Source: a virus
Lineage: Duplodnaviria; Caudoviricetes
Length of the DNA: 41,651 nt
Virus record (IMG/VR): IMGVR_UViG_3300037851_000257
Span: 1 to 41,651 of that record
Strand: one strand, 5' to 3'
Notes under the pieces: model-generated
The model's input: the letters and a program-made list of their open reading frames with translations, nothing else
Databases searched by the model: none
What the model was told of the DNA's origin: nothing
Part shown: positions 36,613 to 41,651 of the stretch, one piece after another
Position numbering within the stretch: position 1 is the stretch's first letter
How the letters are laid out: the number at the start of each line of letters is the position of its first letter
Translations under genes and position numbers: made by a program

Positions 36613-36999
36613 ATGTTCGCCCCGACCTACTTCACGCGGGCCTACTTCCCCGGCATCTACTTTCCGCCGGTCGGCGAGGTCGTGTCGCTGCGCGATGCGA
36701 CCTGGACCGTGCGGGCGCGCGCCGTGTGGGACGTCGTGTCGCGGCAGGGGTGGGACGGTGGCCTCCGGGCGCTCTGGCGCGTGGCCGCGGCGGTCACGAC
36801 CTGGGACGTGCCCGCCCGGCCGACCGTGCGCGTCGTCACCGCGCCGGCGGTCCTGAGTGTAGCGGCCGCGGACACCTGGGACGTGCCGGCGGCGCCGAAT
36901 TGGGCGCCCTCGGCGCGCGAGGAGTGGGCCGTGGCGGCCACCGAGGACACCTGGGCCGTCGGCCCGCGCGAGACGTGGACCGTGACGACGCTGGGCTGA
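36613..36999 (+). CDS. Trp-periodic repeat protein
   Basis: MF..TYF..AYF..IYFPP then Trp every 8-9 residues. Confidence 0.65.
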   Translation: MFAPTYFTRAYFPGIYFPPVGEVVSLRDATWTVRARAVWDVVSRQGWDGGLRALWRVAAAVTTWDVPARPTVRVVTAPAVLSVAAADTWDVPAAPNWAPSAREEWAVAATEDTWAVGPRETWTVTTLG

Positions 37000-37012
37000 G
37001 AGGACATCGCAC

Positions 37013-37297
37013 ATGGACACTGTCGGCACCCTCTACAAGACGCCGGCCGAGACGCGCGTCCTCACCATGGACTGGACGCAGCACCTCGGGACCGACACGC
37101 TCGCCACCGTCGCGTGGACCGTGCCGTCCGGCGTGGCGAAGCTCACCGAGGGCTTGGTGTCGGGCAATAAGAAGGCGTTCGTCAAGGTGAGCGGTGGCAC
37201 CGCGGGCGTGGACTACGTCCTCACCTGCACCGTCACGACAACAACCAGTGCGGAAACGCTGCAGCGGAGCGGCCGCTTGCACGTGCGCACGCTGTGA
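37013..37297 (+). CDS. Putative fibre-adaptor small virion protein
   Basis: KTPAETRVLTMDW...VSGGTAGVDYVLTCTVTT resembles the KDP..LDY..DW..SGG..G..Y family. Confidence 0.6.
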   Translation: MDTVGTLYKTPAETRVLTMDWTQHLGTDTLATVAWTVPSGVAKLTEGLVSGNKKAFVKVSGGTAGVDYVLTCTVTTTTSAETLQRSGRLHVRTL

Positions 37298-37304
37298 GGA
37301 GGGC

Positions 37305-37715
37305 ATGATGCGACGCTGGGGCTGGTGGCTGTGGGCGGGGATCGGGCTCTTGTCTGCGCCGGCCACGGCGCAGACGGCGGTCGTAAACCCGACGACGGTG
37401 CAGTTCGCGGCCTCGGCTGACCACGCGACGCTCGTCGAAGGGCAACCGCTCGTCGCGTCCTACGAGGTCCGGTACCGCGTCGTGGGCACCGCGAGCGTGG
37501 TCTGCCAGGTCAACCTCGGCAAGCCGACGCCCATGAGTGGCACCGTCTCGATGCCGCTGCCGAGCACGTGCGTGCCGCTGTCTCCGACGACGCGCTACGA
37601 GGCCATCGTGGCGGCCCTCGGCCCGACCGGCGCCGGCGTGAGTGCGCCCTCAAACCCTTTCGTCGTTGTCGGCCCACCGGCCGCGCCGGCAAGTGTGGCC
37701 GTTAGTCGGCCCTGA
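37305..37715 (+). CDS. Secreted FN3/Ig-like protein
   Basis: GAGGAGG RBS; signal peptide MMRRWGWWLWAGIGLLSAPATA; YEAIVAALGPTGAGVSAPSNPF. Confidence 0.7.
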   Translation: MMRRWGWWLWAGIGLLSAPATAQTAVVNPTTVQFAASADHATLVEGQPLVASYEVRYRVVGTASVVCQVNLGKPTPMSGTVSMPLPSTCVPLSPTTRYEAIVAALGPTGAGVSAPSNPFVVVGPPAAPASVAVSRP

Positions 37716-37726
37716 TCGGAGGTGTC

Positions 37727-37843
37727 ATGTCCTGGTGGAAGCGATTGTTGTTGTGGCTCGCCGGCCAGGCGCCGGCGATTGTCGGCACGATCAAGCCCCC
37801 GAAGCCGCCGACCCCGCCCCCGCCGGCGGCCCCGACCGTATGA
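37727..37843 (+). CDS. 38-aa amphipathic/Pro-rich peptide (not in ORF track)
   Basis: GGAGG RBS; MSWWKRLLLWLAGQAPAIVGTIKPPKPPTPPPPAAPTV; ATGA overlap with endolysin. Confidence 0.6.
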   Translation: MSWWKRLLLWLAGQAPAIVGTIKPPKPPTPPPPAAPTV

Positions 37844-38286
37844 CCGGCCTCCCGCGTGGCCTCGCGGCGCTCGTGCAGCGGCACGAGGACTTGCGGCTGC
37901 GCCCATACCGCTGTTCCTCGGGCTACCTCACGATCGGGTGGGGGCGCAACCTGGAACGGCACCCGACGGGCATCAGCGCCGGCGAAGCGTACCTGCTGCT
38001 GGCGAACGACCTCGCGGCGACGGCGCGCGAAGTGGAGACACGCTGGCCGTGGACCGCGGCGCTCGACGACACGCGGCGTGCGGCCGTGCTCGACCTGGCC
38101 TACAACCTCGGACTCACCCGGTTGGCGCGGTTCGCGCCGACGCTCGCGCTGCTCGAAACGGGCGACTGGGCCGGGGCCGCGGCGCGGCTACGGCAGTCGC
38201 TGTGGTACCGCCAGGTCAAGACGCGCGGCGTGCGCATCACGGGGATGATCGAGTCCGGGGTGTGGCCGGCGGATGTGCCCCGCTGA
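37840..38286 (+). CDS. Endolysin, GH24/T4-like lysozyme
   Basis: HEDLRLRPYRCSSGYLTIGWGRNL (E-x8-C-x5-T); DLAYNLG...SLWYRQVKTR. Confidence 0.92.
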   Translation: MTGLPRGLAALVQRHEDLRLRPYRCSSGYLTIGWGRNLERHPTGISAGEAYLLLANDLAATAREVETRWPWTAALDDTRRAAVLDLAYNLGLTRLARFAPTLALLETGDWAGAAARLRQSLWYRQVKTRGVRITGMIESGVWPADVPR

Positions 38287-38390
38287 CGGCCTCCACGGGC
38301 TCGTGGTGTGCGTCTGCGGGGCGGTGGTGCTGCAGTGCTGCGCGTGCTGCGCCCACGTGCGCCGTGTCGTCGTGTCGTGCGAGGCCTGCC

Positions 38391-38882
38391 ATGCGAAAAC
38401 CCATCGATCTGAGTGTGCTGATGCCGGGAGACGTGCTCCTGTACGAAGGGAGCGGGTTTTGGAGTTGGTTCATCAAGGTGAAGACGTGGAGCGACTACAG
38501 CCACGTCGAGGTGTACATCGGCGGACACGAGTCGGTGGCGTCTCGTGACGGCGAAGGAGTCGGGCGGTATCACTTGCGCGTGAAGGGGCTGTCGCTGGTG
38601 CTCCGTCCGAACGAGCCATTCGACCTGGCGCGCGGCATGGCGTGGTTCGAGACCGTGCAGGGGCGGCCCTACGACTGGTGGGGCTTGGCCCGGTTTTTCC
38701 GCATGGGGAAGTACTCGGACGCGAAGATGTTCTGCTCGGAGTTCGCGACGCACTTCCTGCGGCAGTGCGCGCTGTGCCCCTTGGCAGGGCGGTACGAGGC
38801 CGACAAGGTGTCGCCCGGCATGTTTGCGGCGTCGCCGCACTTCGATGTCGTGGCCGACGCGCGCGATACGCCTCACGCCTGA
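38391..38882 (+). CDS. Permuted papain-like NlpC/P60 (YaeF/YiiX, C92) enzyme
   Basis: PGDVLLY...YSHVEVY...GRPYDW...FCSEF (His before Cys). Confidence 0.88.
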   Translation: MRKPIDLSVLMPGDVLLYEGSGFWSWFIKVKTWSDYSHVEVYIGGHESVASRDGEGVGRYHLRVKGLSLVLRPNEPFDLARGMAWFETVQGRPYDWWGLARFFRMGKYSDAKMFCSEFATHFLRQCALCPLAGRYEADKVSPGMFAASPHFDVVADARDTPHA

Positions 38883-38886
38883 CGGT

Positions 38887-39102
38887 TGGAACACTTCTGG
38901 AACATTCGCCTGTGGAAATCTGGCGTTTGTTGGGGTTTCGGCGCCAGCGAAGCCAGCGCGAAAGGTGCGGAAATAGGCCGGAAAACAGTGGCGTCCCCGG
39001 CGGGAATCGAACCCGCGTTTCAGCCTTGAAAGGGCCGCGTCCTCGACGAAACCACCCAATGATTACGGGCGTCTTTTGAGGTTGGAACATTCTGCTGGAA
39101 CG
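38887..39102. promoter_or_regulatory. attP region with TGGAAC direct repeats (candidate integrase arm sites)
   Basis: TGGAACA at 38887, 38898, 39083 and TGGAACG at 39096, paired on both sides of the tRNA-like core. Confidence 0.6.
38989..39043 (-). other. attP core: 3' ~55 nt of tRNA-Glu(TTC), not a complete tRNA
   Basis: Minus strand AGGACGCGGCCCTTTCAAGGCTGAAACGCGGGTTCGATTCCCGCCGGGGACGCCA has the anticodon arm, T-arm and CCA; the 5' acceptor strand is absent. Confidence 0.9.
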
Positions 39103-40145
39103 TTTCGCCTGCCGCGTGGCGCTTTCTCGACCACCTGCAGCGCCGGAATCGCCGCGCTGATCGCGGCCACGGCGGCCGCCAGTCGCGGGTCCACCGCCGC
39201 CAGCGTGTAGCGGTGCGTCGTCACGATGCTCCGGTGCCGCAGGCCCGCCTGCGCCGCCCGCTGGTCCCCGGTCGCCGCGTACAACGCCGTCCCGTAAGAG
39301 TGCCGTAGATCGTAGGGCGTGACGTGCAGCGGCGTCGTCAGCTTCAACGTCTTCGACAGGGACGCGCACGCCGCCCGCATCGCCGCCCCCATCGGGGCCG
39401 AGGTGAACCCGCCGAGCTTCCCGCGGCGCGTCAGCAGCTCGAGCGCGGCGGCCGCCGGCCGCAGCAGCGGCACGCGCGACACCGCCCCGCCCTTCGCCGA
39501 GCGCACCAGCAGCGTCGTCGCGTCCCAGTCCCCGACCTGGATGCGCCGCACCTCCTCGGGCCGCAGGCCCGCGTAGGCCATCAGCGTCAGCCGCGCGCGC
39601 GTCGGCGGCCAGGGCACGCGCGCCAGCAGCTTCGCCACCAGCGGCAGCGGAATCCCGCGCGGTGGCGGGTCGGGCACGGCGAACGTCGGCACGGCCGACA
39701 CGGGGTTCGGCAGCCCGCTGCCGCGGTCGAGCACCGCGTAGAGCTGGTAGAGCGCCTGCCGGCGCTTGTTCAGCGTCGCCGGGGCCCAGCCGTGCTCGCG
39801 CTGCCACGCGCGCAGCTGCGCCTCGACCTCGCGGGCGGTCAGGTCCGACCGGCGCCGGCCCTTGAAGGCGGCCGCCCAGGCGTCAAGGTGCCGTGTCCGC
39901 TGCGCCAGCGTCTCGGGGTGCCGGTCGTGGAACCCGTCGAGGTAGACGGCGACATCCTCGGCGAGCGTCCCGGCCATCGGCAGGCCGGCGCGGCCAATCC
40001 ACCCGGCATCCCGCCGGGTCTTCGCGCGCCACAGTTGGATGTCCGCGTCGGACGTGGTGCCAGGGAAGGTCTTCCAGACCCGCCGGCACGCGACGGTGAC
40101 GTGCGCGTGGATGGTGGCGCCGCGCCGGAGCCAGCCGCGCGGCAT
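39063..40145 (-). CDS. int: Tyrosine integrase
   Basis: GLRPEE (R), SAKGG (K), YDLRH, GLRH, THRYT (Y); next to attP. Confidence 0.95.
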   Translation of the reverse strand: MPRGWLRRGATIHAHVTVACRRVWKTFPGTTSDADIQLWRAKTRRDAGWIGRAGLPMAGTLAEDVAVYLDGFHDRHPETLAQRTRHLDAWAAAFKGRRRSDLTAREVEAQLRAWQREHGWAPATLNKRRQALYQLYAVLDRGSGLPNPVSAVPTFAVPDPPPRGIPLPLVAKLLARVPWPPTRARLTLMAYAGLRPEEVRRIQVGDWDATTLLVRSAKGGAVSRVPLLRPAAAALELLTRRGKLGGFTSAPMGAAMRAACASLSKTLKLTTPLHVTPYDLRHSYGTALYAATGDQRAAQAGLRHRSIVTTHRYTLAAVDPRLAAAVAAISAAIPALQVVEKAPRGRRNVPAECSNLKRRP

Positions 40146-40149
40146 GGTC

Positions 40150-40626
40150 TCAGTCCTTCGGCGCGGGCTTCGCGTCGGCTGCCGGCGGCGGCGTGTCGGC
40201 TGAGCCGGGCTTCATCTTCGCGCGGAAGATCAGGCGCCAAAGGGGGCCCTCGACTTCGGCGGCGATGTGGTCGTCGAGCGCAGTGACGAGGGCGAGGACT
40301 CGGAGTTTCGCGGCGGCGTGTGGGGTCATGGCGACGGGTGGGGGCGAGGCGGCCTCACCATAGACGGTCGCAGGGACAGGGTGTGTCACATCTTGGCCTG
40401 ACCCAATCATTGGGTCAGCGTGGGCCCGCATCAGCCAGTCCGGGCTGGTGTTCACCGCGAGCGCCAGCCGGCGCCAGGTGTCGTCGGTCACGTTCGCCTT
40501 GTTCTGCTCGGCGCGGTTCACCGTGACGACCGCGACGCCCGCTTTCCGCGCCAAGTCCGCCTGACTCCAGCCGTGCTGCTCGCGCAGCGCCCGCAGAATG
40601 TGGCCGCGATTGAACATGTCGTGCAC
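40150..40626 (-). CDS. CI-like HTH_XRE repressor without S24 peptidase domain
   Basis: LRALREQHGWSQADLARKAGVAVVTVNRAE; divergent from cro/xis. Confidence 0.88.
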   Translation of the reverse strand: MHDMFNRGHILRALREQHGWSQADLARKAGVAVVTVNRAEQNKANVTDDTWRRLALAVNTSPDWLMRAHADPMIGSGQDVTHPVPATVYGEAASPPPVAMTPHAAAKLRVLALVTALDDHIAAEVEGPLWRLIFRAKMKPGSADTPPPAADAKPAPKD

Positions 40627-40668
40627 GTTCTATCTCGCCCTTCCGGGGACTTCAACCGCGCCACGTGC

Positions 40669-40677
40669 ACCATACCA
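40669..40677 (-). promoter_or_regulatory. Candidate extended -10 promoter for repressor/integrase
   Basis: Minus strand TG-G-TATGGT ~45 bp upstream of the repressor start; no good -35. Confidence 0.4.
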
Positions 40678-40707
40678 CAAAAAACTACGGCAGGCTCTAG
40701 AAACCTC

Positions 40708-40736
40708 TTGACAGGTCGATAACGCAGGCGTATGTT
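40708..40736 (+). promoter_or_regulatory. Sigma70-type early lytic promoter
   Basis: TTGACA-17 bp-TATGTT. Confidence 0.8.
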
Positions 40737-40743
40737 CTCGCTT

Positions 40744-40962
40744 GTGAGCGATGAAACACGCTTGGAACTGCCGCTGACGCTGACGGCGAAGGACGCCGCG
40801 CAACTCCTCGGCATCAGCGAATCCACCTTCTACAGCTACCGCGACCGCGGCCACTTCAAGGGCTGCGAGGCCGCGCTTCCCGGACGCTGGTCGCGGGACG
40901 CCATCGTGGCGCTCGCTAACGGCCAGCGGCCGTTCCAGTCCCGTTCACGCAAGTCTGCCTGA
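40744..40962 (+). CDS. Cro/excisionase-like HTH protein
   Basis: LTAKDAAQLLGISESTFYSY; ATG40732 lies inside the -10 box, so GTG40744 is preferred. Confidence 0.8.
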   Translation: MSDETRLELPLTLTAKDAAQLLGISESTFYSYRDRGHFKGCEAALPGRWSRDAIVALANGQRPFQSRSRKSA

Positions 40963-40974
40963 CGGAGGCGTCCC

Positions 40975-41157
40975 ATGCGTCGCTTCGACCTGCACTGCCC
41001 CGACACCACGTCCGACTTCGGGATTGCCGAGCTGCGCGCCCGGCTGATTCATCAGCAGGAGTGGGCCGACGCCGCGAACCAGGCCGCGACCGCCGGGCTG
41101 TTGCTCGGGTTCGTGTTCGGCGTGGTCGTCGCGCTGGTCACGGCGTGGGTCTTCTGA
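40975..41157 (+). CDS. Small membrane protein
   Basis: GGAGG RBS; C-terminal TM AGLLLGFVFGVVVALVTAWVF. Confidence 0.7.
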   Translation: MRRFDLHCPDTTSDFGIAELRARLIHQQEWADAANQAATAGLLLGFVFGVVVALVTAWVF

Positions 41158-41390
41158 TGGCGTCCGAGTTGGTCGGGGCGGCGTCTCGCTGGGCGGCACC
41201 CGGCCCTGGTGTGCCGGAGGCGCCGTCCCGCCAGCACGACGACACCGCGGTGTGCGTCATCTGCTGGTGCGTCCTGCCAGCCGACGCCGGCAGCACCCGC
41301 GACGGCGAGTTCACCTGTTTCGACTGCGCCACGACCGAGCACGGGTGCCCGGACTGCCGGCGCAGCCTGCGGTTCTGCGCGTGCGAGTGA
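41157..41390 (+). CDS. Small Cys-rich zinc-finger protein
   Basis: CVICWC...CFDC...CPDC...FCACE; TGATG coupling. Confidence 0.65.
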   Translation: MASELVGAASRWAAPGPGVPEAPSRQHDDTAVCVICWCVLPADAGSTRDGEFTCFDCATTEHGCPDCRRSLRFCACE

Positions 41391-41407
41391 TGCGCGCGCT
41401 TCAGCTC

Positions 41408-41540
41408 CGCGTGGCCGAGGCGTCGAGGGTCGCCGTGAAGCGGTGCGAGCGCACCGTGCGGCCGACCGTCACCGACTGTGCTGCTGTCCTTCGCGGGGCG
41501 GCGGACGATCGCGATCAGAGAACACCGCCTCGGCCACGCG
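41408..41540 (+). ncRNA. Candidate structured RNA (multi-branch, 15-bp closing stem)
   Basis: 41408-41422 is the exact reverse complement of 41526-41540 and encloses two long hairpins. Confidence 0.5.
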
Positions 41541-41651
41541 CGACCGTCCCGGAGTCGTCGATGCCTGCTCCGATTTCTTTCGACACTTTCATCGCTGCCG
41601 CCGCGGCCTCCTGCGTCGAGGGCGAGTGGCCCGACATCCCGGCGGCCCCTG
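41525..41651. repeat. Terminal direct repeat (copy 2)
   Basis: Identical to 1-127. Confidence 0.95.

Noticed and set aside
38273-38548. Cys-rich 91-aa ORF after the endolysin
   Set aside because: More than half overlaps the C92 gene out of frame; only the first ~40 codons could be real, so it was not called
38920-38950. Intrinsic terminator near attP (CTGGCGT...GCGCCAG)
   Set aside because: Large loop and no convincing U-tract on either strand
38989-39060. Complete phage-encoded tRNA-Glu
   Set aside because: The 5' acceptor strand and most of the D-arm are missing; it is an attP core
41408-41540. MITE with 15-bp terminal inverted repeats
   Set aside because: No target-site duplication, no second copy, no transposase; internal G-U-rich hairpins fit an RNA better

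Overview
The window is an apparently complete, circularly assembled genome of a temperate, high-GC siphovirus (about 41,524 bp unique; bases 1-127 repeat exactly at 41525-41651, and a reading frame continues across the junction). Almost all genes are on the + strand. In order from the early promoter near 40708: cro/xis-like gene, small early genes, DUF3102-like gene plus GHKL/MORC-type ATPase, HNH, RusA, a 695-aa orphan, YqaJ/RecT, a replication initiator with internal iteron-like repeats, packaging HNH/cos region/TerS/TerL, an HK97-type head module interrupted by a methyltransferase-glycosyltransferase fusion, neck genes, two paralogous tail-tube genes, chaperones, tape measure, tail tip, a second fibre-like module lying between the holin-like gene and the GH24 endolysin, and attP (3' part of tRNA-Glu). 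The - strand carries a tyrosine integrase and a CI-like repressor. The most unusual elements are a ~133-nt multi-branched RNA-like structure in the early operon, the MTase-GT fusion in the head operon, an HTH gene followed by 10-bp-phased repeats, the accessory virion module with shared N- and C-terminal motifs, the GHKL cassette and two possible recoding signals in the tail operon. All family assignments come from motifs recognised by eye; no searches were run.
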